Below are positions 36,886 to 44,394 of a stretch of DNA of 64,000 nt, piece by piece. Where the stretch lies: the NCBI GenBank assembly GCA_965215145.1, contig OZ244038.1:90257-154256 (forward strand), given 5' to 3'. Source of the stretch: Rhodothermales bacterium. GTDB taxonomy: Bacteria > Bacteroidota > Rhodothermia > Rhodothermales > JANQRZ01. Position numbers and translations under genes: made by a program. Under the pieces are notes generated by a model that searched no databases, had not been told where the DNA came from, and saw only the letters and a list, made by a program, of their open reading frames with translations. Numbering within the stretch: position 1 is the first letter of the stretch; every line of letters starts with the position of its first letter.

Positions 36886-38046
36886 ATGAAGCTCCTCCCC
36901 GTCCTCGCCTTCCTCGCCCTCGTCGGTTGCCGGCAGCCGGCGCAGTCGCAGGTGCCGCCGGACGGGCCGCCGCCGCAGCGCGTGGATCCACCGCCCGAGC
37001 CCGGCGTCGTCACCGACGGCATCTATTCCGGGCGCCAGACGGCCATCACCCGCGCCGTCGAGACCGCCGCGCCAGCCGTCGTCTCGATCAACGTGATCGA
37101 GGTCCAGCAGGTCCGCGTGCGGGACCCCTTCGCCGGGGACCCGTTCTTCCGGTACTTCTTCGGCGAGCGCGGCGACCGGATCCGGCAGCGGCGGGTGCAG
37201 GGCGTCGGGAGCGGGTTCGTGATCTCGCCCGACGGCTACGTCGTCACGAACGACCACGTCGCCGGCAACGCGAGCGTCATCACCGTCAGCTTCCCCGACG
37301 GGACGGAGCGCGAGGGGCGCCTGATCGGGAGCGACCCCGAGAGCGACCTCGCCCTCGTCAAGGTCGAGACGGACGAGCCGCTGCCGTACCTCGCGTTCAC
37401 CGAGGGCGAGGAGGTCTTCGTCGGTGAGTGGGCCGTCGCGCTGGGCAACCCGTTCGGGCTTTTTGAGGCCGCCGAACCCAGTGTTACGGTTGGGGTTATC
37501 AGCGCTGTCGGACGGGACTTCGCGCCCCAGGGTGGGCGCGTCTTCCGCGACATGATCCAGACCGACGCCGCCATCAACCGCGGCAACTCTGGCGGGCCGC
37601 TCGTGAACGCGCTCGGCGAGGTCGTCGGGGTGAACACGTTCATCTTCTCGCAGTCCGGCGGGAGCGTCGGGCTCGGGTTCGCGGTGCCGGCGTGGCGGGT
37701 CCGGCGCATCGTGGACGAGCTCCAGGAGACCGGGACCGTCGCGCGGCCGGCCCCACCGGGCCTCAACGTCCAGGCACTCAACGCGCGGGCCGCGCGGAGG
37801 CTCGGAATCTCGGTGAGCCAGGGCCTCCTCGTCATGAGCGTCGACGCCGGCTCGCCGGCTGAGCGGGCGGGCATCCGCCCCTACGACGTCGTCCTCGCCA
37901 TCGATGGGGAGACGGTCGTGGACGCCACCACGGCGGGCGCGCTGCTCCGCTCGTTCCGCCCCGGCGACACCATCGCGCTGACGGTGCTCCGCAACGACGA
38001 GGAGCGTGAGGTCCCCCTCGTGCTCGCCGGCCCGGCGGAGGGGTGA
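36886..38046 (+). CDS. HtrA/DegP-family serine protease with PDZ domain, lipoprotein
   Basis: 386 aa from ATG 36886 (residue 108 of the track ORF). Lipobox FLALVGC. Catalytic triad contexts TNDHV, SDLALVKV, GNSGGPLV. C-terminal PDZ-like segment. Confidence 0.85.
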   Translation: MKLLPVLAFLALVGCRQPAQSQVPPDGPPPQRVDPPPEPGVVTDGIYSGRQTAITRAVETAAPAVVSINVIEVQQVRVRDPFAGDPFFRYFFGERGDRIRQRRVQGVGSGFVISPDGYVVTNDHVAGNASVITVSFPDGTEREGRLIGSDPESDLALVKVETDEPLPYLAFTEGEEVFVGEWAVALGNPFGLFEAAEPSVTVGVISAVGRDFAPQGGRVFRDMIQTDAAINRGNSGGPLVNALGEVVGVNTFIFSQSGGSVGLGFAVPAWRVRRIVDELQETGTVARPAPPGLNVQALNARAARRLGISVSQGLLVMSVDAGSPAERAGIRPYDVVLAIDGETVVDATTAGALLRSFRPGDTIALTVLRNDEEREVPLVLAGPAEG

Positions 38047-38090
38047 GCGAAGCAATGGAAGAGAGGGAGAGAGGGAAAGAGCACGAGGGA

Positions 38091-39209
38091 ATGGTGCCGC
38101 CTGCTTGGAGGCGCGCGCTCCGCTCCTCCACCCTTCCGCTCCTCCTCGGTCTCGCTCTTAGCGGCTGCTTCCCGTCGAGCCAGCGGCAGCTCCCGAAGAC
38201 GCTCTTCCCCGCCGACTCCCTCTCGCGGCAGATCGCCGAGGCGACGGCGGTGGACACGCTGCGCGAGGTGTGGCGCGCCGAGGCCCCGCCCGAGGCCGGC
38301 CTCCGCTACGGGCTCACGCTCGCATGGCTCGGCGACCGGATCGTCGTGGCCGACGCGCAGCAGGGCGCGCTGCACACGTTCACCGACCGCGGCGAGTACG
38401 TCGGGCAGCAGGCGTTGGAGGCGTTGCCGTACCCGTTCCTCAGCGGCGCGCTCGGCGACACGATGGCCGTGCTCAGCCGGGGTGCCGAGCGGGTCGCCCT
38501 GCTTGAAATGGCGGGAGACGGGAGCGGGCGGGTCCTGCACACACGGCCCATCCCGCCGGGCCGGAACGCCGTCGCGGTGCTGACCCGGCGGGGGTTGTTC
38601 GTGAAGACGGCCGACGAGGACGCGGGCGCCGCGCTCTACCGGCTCGACGCCGACGGTGCCGTCGCGGCGGAGCACCCACTGCCCGATCCGTATTGGCGCC
38701 ACATCGGCCTCCTCCGGACGGAGGGCGACACGCTCCTCTCGCTCTCCGGATACCGCCCCGCCGCCTGGGCGATGCCGCTCGCGGCGGAGGCCGGCGTCCG
38801 GCCGGACTCGCTCCCCCTCGTCGGGCTCGACTCACCGCAGATGGGGCGGAGCCGGCTCTTCGCGCTCGGCGAGGTCGACGAGCCGCCGCTGCTGTCGCCG
38901 AGCGCCACCGCAGCCGGCGGGCTCCTGTTCGCCCTCAACGCCCGCCCCGGCTGGGTCCGCATCGACGCCTTCGCGCGCACCGCCGACGGGTTCCGACTGC
39001 GGCGCGGCCTTGTCAGCCCGAACCCCGGGCCGAGTAAGAACTTTTTCGCGTCCGACCTCGCTGCCCGCGCGATCGGTGGCGGGATCGACTTCGTGGTGCT
39101 GGAGGTGCAGCCCCGCCCGGCCCTCGTCCGCTACCGCTGGACCACCGGGGTGCCGATCAGCTCCGTGACCTCCATCAGCGCCCCTTCTCCGGCCCCCAGT
39201 TCCGACTGA
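38091..39209 (+). CDS. hypothetical lipoprotein
   Basis: Lipobox LLLGLALSGC 26 aa after ATG 38091. GTG 38043 (overlapping the protease stop) and ATG 38055 are alternatives. No motif recognised. Confidence 0.5.
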   Translation: MVPPAWRRALRSSTLPLLLGLALSGCFPSSQRQLPKTLFPADSLSRQIAEATAVDTLREVWRAEAPPEAGLRYGLTLAWLGDRIVVADAQQGALHTFTDRGEYVGQQALEALPYPFLSGALGDTMAVLSRGAERVALLEMAGDGSGRVLHTRPIPPGRNAVAVLTRRGLFVKTADEDAGAALYRLDADGAVAAEHPLPDPYWRHIGLLRTEGDTLLSLSGYRPAAWAMPLAAEAGVRPDSLPLVGLDSPQMGRSRLFALGEVDEPPLLSPSATAAGGLLFALNARPGWVRIDAFARTADGFRLRRGLVSPNPGPSKNFFASDLAARAIGGGIDFVVLEVQPRPALVRYRWTTGVPISSVTSISAPSPAPSSD

Positions 39210-40246
39210 CCCCTCCCGGCCTCGGCCGGCTCCGGCATCGTGCGGGGGAGCCGGACGGTGAACGTGCTCCCCTCCCCCTCCTCACTCTCCGCGACCACGG
39301 AGCCCCCCATGAGGTCGGCGAGCCGCTTGGTAATGGCGAGGCCGAGGCCGTTGCCCTCGTGGCTCCGCTCGAACCCCGTCGAGGCCTGCCGGAACTCGTC
39401 GAACAGGCGGGGGAGGAAGGCGGCCGGGATGCCCACGCCGGTGTCGGTGACGCGGATCGTCAGGCCCTCGGGGTCACCCCCCACCTCCGCGATGACGCCG
39501 CCGGCGTCGGTGAACTTGATGGCGTTCGAGACGAGGTTCGTCACGATTCGGTGGAGGGCGCCGGCGTCCAGACAGGCCACGGTCGGGGAGCCGGTCGCAC
39601 GGAGGCTAAGGCCCTTCTTCTGCGCCAGCGGCTCGAGCAGGCGGACGGCCTTGCGGACCTCCTCCGTGGCGTCGAGCGGGACGGGCCGAAGCCGGATCCC
39701 GTCGCTCTCGAGCTGGGCGAGGTCGAGCACGGAATTGACGGTGTCGAGCAGGCGGCGCCCGCTGTGGTGGATGAGCAGGGCGAACTCCCGATGTTCCTCC
39801 TCCACCTCCTCAGCCAGCACCTCAGCGAACCCGATGATCCCCGTCAGCGGCGTGCGGAGCTCGTGGCTCATGTTCGTCAGGACGGTGCTCTTGAGCCGGC
39901 TCATCTCCTCGGCCGCCCGCTGCGCCCGCTCCGCCTCCTCCGTCCGCGCCCGCAGCTCGGCCGCCTGCTGCTGCACGACCCCGAGCGTCCGCTGCACCTG
40001 CTCCTGCCGCTGCCCCACGAGCCACGCGAAGAGGCCGAGCCAGAACGGCGCCGAGTCGATGATCCACAGCAGCGGTGCCGCCGCCTGCACCGCGCCCGCC
40101 GAGGTGAGGCTCAGCGGTAGCCCGGCGCTCGCGATCATGGTGAGCGTGCCGAGGACGGGGAAGATCAGCCCGAAGCCCACCCCGAGCAGGGCGCACTTCA
40201 GGGCGGTGGGGCAGTGGAGCACGAGGGGTCGAGGCAGAGGGACCAC
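39131..40246 (-). CDS. membrane sensor histidine kinase (no cognate regulator adjacent)
   Basis: 371 aa. N-terminal TM helices, H-box MSHELRTPLTGIIGF, N box NAIKFT, G boxes DTGVGI and GNGLGLAI. Confidence 0.8.
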   Translation of the reverse strand: MVPLPRPLVLHCPTALKCALLGVGFGLIFPVLGTLTMIASAGLPLSLTSAGAVQAAAPLLWIIDSAPFWLGLFAWLVGQRQEQVQRTLGVVQQQAAELRARTEEAERAQRAAEEMSRLKSTVLTNMSHELRTPLTGIIGFAEVLAEEVEEEHREFALLIHHSGRRLLDTVNSVLDLAQLESDGIRLRPVPLDATEEVRKAVRLLEPLAQKKGLSLRATGSPTVACLDAGALHRIVTNLVSNAIKFTDAGGVIAEVGGDPEGLTIRVTDTGVGIPAAFLPRLFDEFRQASTGFERSHEGNGLGLAITKRLADLMGGSVVAESEEGEGSTFTVRLPRTMPEPAEAGRGQSELGAGEGALMEVTELIGTPVVQR

Positions 40247-40316
40247 CGCCTATATCGTCCATAGAAGGAAACTTTTAACTTCCGGTCGTCCGGTGGCCTC
40301 GGTCCTCCGCGTCGGA

Positions 40317-41693
40317 TCAGCCCTCCGCGTTGAAGATGCGGAACACGTCCGGCCGGCCGGCGAGCGGCAACGGCTCGCGGTTCAGGCGGAGCTCGATCAG
40401 CGTTGTCGTCGAGGGGTAGAAGAACTTGACGGCGGTGTCACGCAGCATCGGGGTGACGTTCACGGCCGCGTCCCACTTCCCCTCCTCATGGACCCTCCGC
40501 TGCCTCGGGTCCACCTTCTCGCTCCCGAACCCGTGGTAGCCGACGAGGCGCGAGCCGGACGACGCGATCACCCGGAGCCAGAGGTTCTCGAGCTTCTCGG
40601 GCTTCATCTTCGAGAGGTCCACGTGGAAGGTCCGGAGGCTCGAATCGCCGCCGTAGACGTGGACGTCCATGCTGAAATCCCTCAGGGGCTTAGGGCGCCC
40701 GTTCTCGCCATGAGTGAAGAGCTGGAGGTTGTAGTCCGGGATCGGGTCCCCGCGCTCGTCCACGGCGCGGACGACGAACTGCTGGTAGCGCCGCATCGTG
40801 CCGTGACGCTGCACGGCCGCCATCACCGCCGGGCTCTGCTGCCACCGCTCGTAGGCCGCCTTCGAGGAGACCTCCAGCGCGGAGGTCACCATCTTGACGA
40901 GGGCGGGGGCGGGCTCGCGGAGGATAGTGCCGTGGTTGTGGTCGAGCACGGGGATGAGCGACCACGGCCCCGGCGCCCACGGCTCGATGCGGAAGCGCCG
41001 GCCGGGGTCCACGCCCGGCTCGACGGTGAGGTCCACCGTGATCTTCCGGGAGTCGAGCGAGCAGCCGGCCCAGCGGACGGTGCCGTCGGTGCCGGGCTCG
41101 GAGATGAGCCGCTTGAGGCCGCCGTAGCTCTTGTCCCCGCAGAAGGTGAACACGTACGGCGTGGCGCCCGTCGGCCCGAACGTGGGGTCCCGGCGGGCGG
41201 CCTCGCCGACGAGGTCGCGGTGGGCGAGGTCCCACGTGAACCGGCTCGCGAGCTCGAGCCCGTCGAGGATGCGGTCGCCGGCCTCGAGGAAGTCGGGGCC
41301 GAACGCCTTGCGGCCTTTGAAGATGCTGCCGAGCCAGCTCCGCCCCTTGTGCGCCAGCGGCGAGCCGAACGACGCCGGCGCCAGCCCGACGAGGTGCTTC
41401 AGCCGCGAGCGCCGCTTCGCGTAGGCCGCCAGCCACGACCGGATCACCAGCATCCCCGTCGAGTGGACGATGGCGTCGAAGGGCTCGTCGGCCGAGAGCC
41501 CGACCTGCTCGCGGAGCGCGCGGTCGAAGCCCTCGGCGAGGTCGCGGATCGAGACCTCGTTGGTGAGCGTCTCGTACTCGCAGGTGTGGACGGCCGTGAC
41601 GTCGTGGCCGGCGGCGGCGAGGGCGCGGCGCCAGAGCCCGAAGGAGGCGCCCTCGTCGGAGTAGCCGTGGATGAGGACGACGGGGAGACTCAT
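40317..41693 (-). CDS. alpha/beta-hydrolase (lipase/esterase-like) with large uncharacterised C-terminal domain
   Basis: 458 aa. VVLIHGYSDEGASF and the nucleophile elbow IVHSTGMLV in the first approximately 200 aa. The remaining approximately 250 aa have no motif I recognise. Confidence 0.65.
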   Translation of the reverse strand: MSLPVVLIHGYSDEGASFGLWRRALAAAGHDVTAVHTCEYETLTNEVSIRDLAEGFDRALREQVGLSADEPFDAIVHSTGMLVIRSWLAAYAKRRSRLKHLVGLAPASFGSPLAHKGRSWLGSIFKGRKAFGPDFLEAGDRILDGLELASRFTWDLAHRDLVGEAARRDPTFGPTGATPYVFTFCGDKSYGGLKRLISEPGTDGTVRWAGCSLDSRKITVDLTVEPGVDPGRRFRIEPWAPGPWSLIPVLDHNHGTILREPAPALVKMVTSALEVSSKAAYERWQQSPAVMAAVQRHGTMRRYQQFVVRAVDERGDPIPDYNLQLFTHGENGRPKPLRDFSMDVHVYGGDSSLRTFHVDLSKMKPEKLENLWLRVIASSGSRLVGYHGFGSEKVDPRQRRVHEEGKWDAAVNVTPMLRDTAVKFFYPSTTTLIELRLNREPLPLAGRPDVFRIFNAEG

Positions 41694-41735
41694 GGCGAGA
41701 GAGGGTTGGTGTGCGGGGCGGGGCGCTCAGACCCT

Positions 41736-41871
41736 CCCCCTCCCCAGACGAGGAGGGGGTGTCCGAAGGACGGGGGTGGTTGGCCGGAGCCACGAAGCGG
41801 GTCTACCCAACCACCCCGCTCGCTCAGGGACGAGTCCCTGAGCGAGTTGCCCCTCCTTCGGCAAGGAGGGG
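41736..41871. repeat. array of four consecutive GC-rich hairpins
   Basis: 41736-41759 (CCCCCTCC/GGAGGGGG). 41774-41816 (GGGTGGTTGG/CCAACCACCC). 41819-41846 (perfect 12-bp CTCGCTCAGGGA/TCCCTGAGCGAG, loop CGAG). 41850-41871 (CCCCTCCTT/AAGGAGGGG, loop CGGC). Confidence 0.75.
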
Positions 41872-41994
41872 CGGGCCAGCATCGCTCTTCAAGACGCTAC
41901 GGACGCGGCGGCGTAACCCCGCAGCCGAAAAGGAACAGCCCCCGGCGCCTCGCGTGCCAGCCGGCCCCTCTTTCGACGCCTGCCCCCCGCCGCG

Positions 41995-43512
41995 ATGCCC
42001 GACCTCACCGACCTCACGACCCTCGGCGCGCTGAAGCAGGCCGGCTACCGGCCCCGGCCCGTCAAGGACGAGGTCCGCGAGAACCTGATCCGCAAGCTCC
42101 GCGCGGGCGAGGACGTCTTCCCCGGCATCCTCGGCTTCGACCGGACGGTGACCCCACACGTCCAGAACGCGCTGCTCGCCCGGCACGACCTGATCCTGCT
42201 CGGCCTCCGGGGGCAGGCCAAGAGCCGCATCGTCCGGATGCTCCCGACGCTGCTCGACGAGCACCTCCCCGTCGTCGCCGGGTCTGAGGTCCACGACGAC
42301 CCCTTCGCGCCGGTCTCGAAGATGGCCCGCGACCTCGTGGCCGAGCGCGGCGACGAGACCCCCATCGAGTGGGTCGGCCGGGAGGCCCGCTACGGCGAGA
42401 AGCTCGCCACGCCCGACACCTCCGTGGCCGACCTCATCGGGGACATCGACCCCATCAAGGCCGCCACGCGCAAGCTGACCTACGCCGACGAGGAGGTGAT
42501 CCACTTCGGCATCATCCCCCGGACCAACCGCGGCATCTTCGCCATCAACGAGCTGCCGGACCTCCAGCCGCGCATCCAGGTCGGGCTGCTGAACGTGATG
42601 GAGGAGCAGGACATCCAGATCCGCGGCTTCAACGTCCGCATCCCGCTGGACCTGCTGATGGTGTTCACGGCCAACCCCGAGGACTACACCAACCGCGGCT
42701 CGATCATCACCCCGCTGAAGGACCGGATCGACAGCCAGATCATCACCCACTACCCGCGCTCGCTGGAGATCGGCGTGGAGATCACGCGGCAGGAGGCGTG
42801 GCAGGAGCGCGACGGCGCCGCGGCCGTCCACCTCCCCCACGTCTTCCGGGAGGTCGTGGAGCAGGTGGCCTTCGAGGCGCGCGAGAGCGAGTACGTGGAC
42901 CAGAAGTCCGGCGTCTCGGCGCGGCTGACGCGGGCGGCGCTGGAGGCGCTCGTCTCGGCCGCCGAGCGGCGGGCGCTCCTCAACGGCGAGCCCGAGACGA
43001 CCGTCCGGGTCACCGACCTCCAGGCCGTCGAGCCGGCGGTGACGGGGAAGGTGGAGCTGGTCTACGAGGGCGAGCAGGAGGGCGCCCAGGGCGTGGCCCA
43101 CCTCCTCATCGGCCGCGCCCTCGGGGCGACGTTCAAGCGCTACTTCCCCGACCCCACCGACAAGGAGAAGGGCCGGGAGGCCTATCAGAAGGTCCTCGGG
43201 TGGTTCTCGAAGGGGAACGCCCTCGACCTCGACGCGGGGATGGCGTTCGACGCCTACGCGAAGGCGCTCGACCGGGTGGACGGGCTCCGCGAGGTCGTCG
43301 CCCAGCACACGAGCCCGGCGACGCCAGCCGAGGCGGCGAGCATGATGGAGCTCGTCGTCGAGGGGCTCCACCAGCACTCCCTCGTGGGGAAAGACCGCGT
43401 GGCCGGCGAGCTCCAGTACACCGACATCATGGGCAGCGTGCTCGGCTCCATCGGCCGGATCGAGGACGACGACGAGGACTGGGAGGACTTCCGCCGCCGC
43501 TACGGTGGCTGA
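41995..43512 (+). CDS. ChlI/MoxR-like AAA+ ATPase
   Basis: 505 aa. LILLGLRGQAKSR, GIFAINELPDLQPRIQVGLLNVMEE, MVFTANPEDY. Often annotated as magnesium-chelatase-like or sigma-54-interaction-domain ATPase. Confidence 0.7.
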   Translation: MPDLTDLTTLGALKQAGYRPRPVKDEVRENLIRKLRAGEDVFPGILGFDRTVTPHVQNALLARHDLILLGLRGQAKSRIVRMLPTLLDEHLPVVAGSEVHDDPFAPVSKMARDLVAERGDETPIEWVGREARYGEKLATPDTSVADLIGDIDPIKAATRKLTYADEEVIHFGIIPRTNRGIFAINELPDLQPRIQVGLLNVMEEQDIQIRGFNVRIPLDLLMVFTANPEDYTNRGSIITPLKDRIDSQIITHYPRSLEIGVEITRQEAWQERDGAAAVHLPHVFREVVEQVAFEARESEYVDQKSGVSARLTRAALEALVSAAERRALLNGEPETTVRVTDLQAVEPAVTGKVELVYEGEQEGAQGVAHLLIGRALGATFKRYFPDPTDKEKGREAYQKVLGWFSKGNALDLDAGMAFDAYAKALDRVDGLREVVAQHTSPATPAEAASMMELVVEGLHQHSLVGKDRVAGELQYTDIMGSVLGSIGRIEDDDEDWEDFRRRYGG

Positions 43513-43517
43513 GGGCG
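43496..43517. repeat. direct repeat, left copy (contains the ATPase stop codon)
   Basis: GCCGCTACGGTGGCTGAGGGCG. 17 of 22 positions are identical to 44316-44337. Confidence 0.7.
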
Positions 43518-43546
43518 TTAAATTGCGACAACCAGACTCAGGAGAC

Positions 43547-43831
43547 ATGGTCGACGTAAAGCAGGCGGTGCAAGCCGCTACCAGCTATTTCGAAGATTTA
43601 TACTCTCAGGAACTGGCGAGTTGGTTGCGTCTCGAAGAGGTGAAGCTCTCGGAGGACGAGAGCCAATGGCAGATTACGTTGAGCTTCGTTGACGAATCTG
43701 AGTCTCACCCGCTTAGTCCCGTCCTGGGTTCGGCACCACGGCATTATAAGATTTTTGAAATCGATGCAGACTCGGGGAAGGTCAGGTCTATGTTAATCCG
43801 CAAAATCAATGACACGTCGGTATCTCAATGA
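43547..43831 (+). CDS. small hypothetical protein (candidate partner of the PIN-like protein)
   Basis: 94 aa from ATG 43547 (the track start GTG 43505 lies inside the direct repeat). No RHH, AbrB or HTH signature seen. Overlaps the next gene by 23 nt. Confidence 0.5.
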   Translation: MVDVKQAVQAATSYFEDLYSQELASWLRLEEVKLSEDESQWQITLSFVDESESHPLSPVLGSAPRHYKIFEIDADSGKVRSMLIRKINDTSVSQ

Positions 43832-44315
43832 TTTGCTCAAGCGCTATCGGACGCGCGGAATTCTCGTCGATGCCAACCTCCTCCTACTCTACGTCGTGGG
43901 CACCCACGACGAGCGGCTAATCACCTCGTTTAAGCGCACCCGGCAGTTCACGCCGGAAGACTACCGTCTGCTTGCTAGCATCGTCGGGTACTTTGAGCGA
44001 ATCGTCACGACGCCGCACGTCCTCACTGAGGTCAACGGGCTCTCGAATCAGCTTCCCGGCCGGCTCCGCTTCGACTTCTATGGCACATTCGGAAGCGGCC
44101 TCAGGGAATGGACAGAGCAGCTGTTTCCCTCGACTGAGGCTGTCGAGAACATGGCTTTCCGGTATCTCGGGCTGACCGACGCGGCCATTGCGGAGGTAGC
44201 GAGGGGCGACGTGCTCGTGCTGAGCGTTGACCTGGACCTTATCACTCACCTCCATAAGACCGGGCGCGACGCGATCAACTTCAACAACATCCGCCCACTC
44301 GGCTGGTCGATATGA
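43809..44315 (+). CDS. PIN-like domain protein (putative nuclease/toxin)
   Basis: 168 aa. Acidic residues fall in the canonical PIN order and context: GILVDANLL (D21), HVLTEVNGL (E74), GLTDAAIAEVA (D124), VLSVDLDLI (D141/D143). Confidence 0.55.
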   Translation: MTRRYLNDLLKRYRTRGILVDANLLLLYVVGTHDERLITSFKRTRQFTPEDYRLLASIVGYFERIVTTPHVLTEVNGLSNQLPGRLRFDFYGTFGSGLREWTEQLFPSTEAVENMAFRYLGLTDAAIAEVARGDVLVLSVDLDLITHLHKTGRDAINFNNIRPLGWSI

Positions 44316-44337
44316 GCCGCTACGGCGGTTGAAGCGG
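44316..44337. repeat. direct repeat, right copy
   Basis: GCCGCTACGGCGGTTGAAGCGG begins 1 nt after the PIN-like gene stop. It also reads CGC TAC GGC GGT TGA (RYGG-stop). Confidence 0.7.
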
Positions 44338-44394
44338 GAGGCGTGAGTGCCGATGGGGTAACTTGACGTGCGCTTCTAACCCACCACACGCTTG

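Larger units (their letters stand above)
43518..44315. mobile_element. low-GC two-gene islet, probably horizontally acquired
   Basis: Hand-counted GC is 32/60 (43561-43620) and 25/60 (43741-43800), versus about 45/60 in a typical gene line (10981-11040). Flanked by the 22-bp direct repeats. No recombinase gene inside. Confidence 0.5.

Noticed and set aside
39240-42287. 1015-aa plus-strand ORF
   Set aside because: It runs antisense through the histidine kinase and hydrolase genes and across a hairpin-rich intergenic region. It is Ser/Arg/Pro-rich with no domains.
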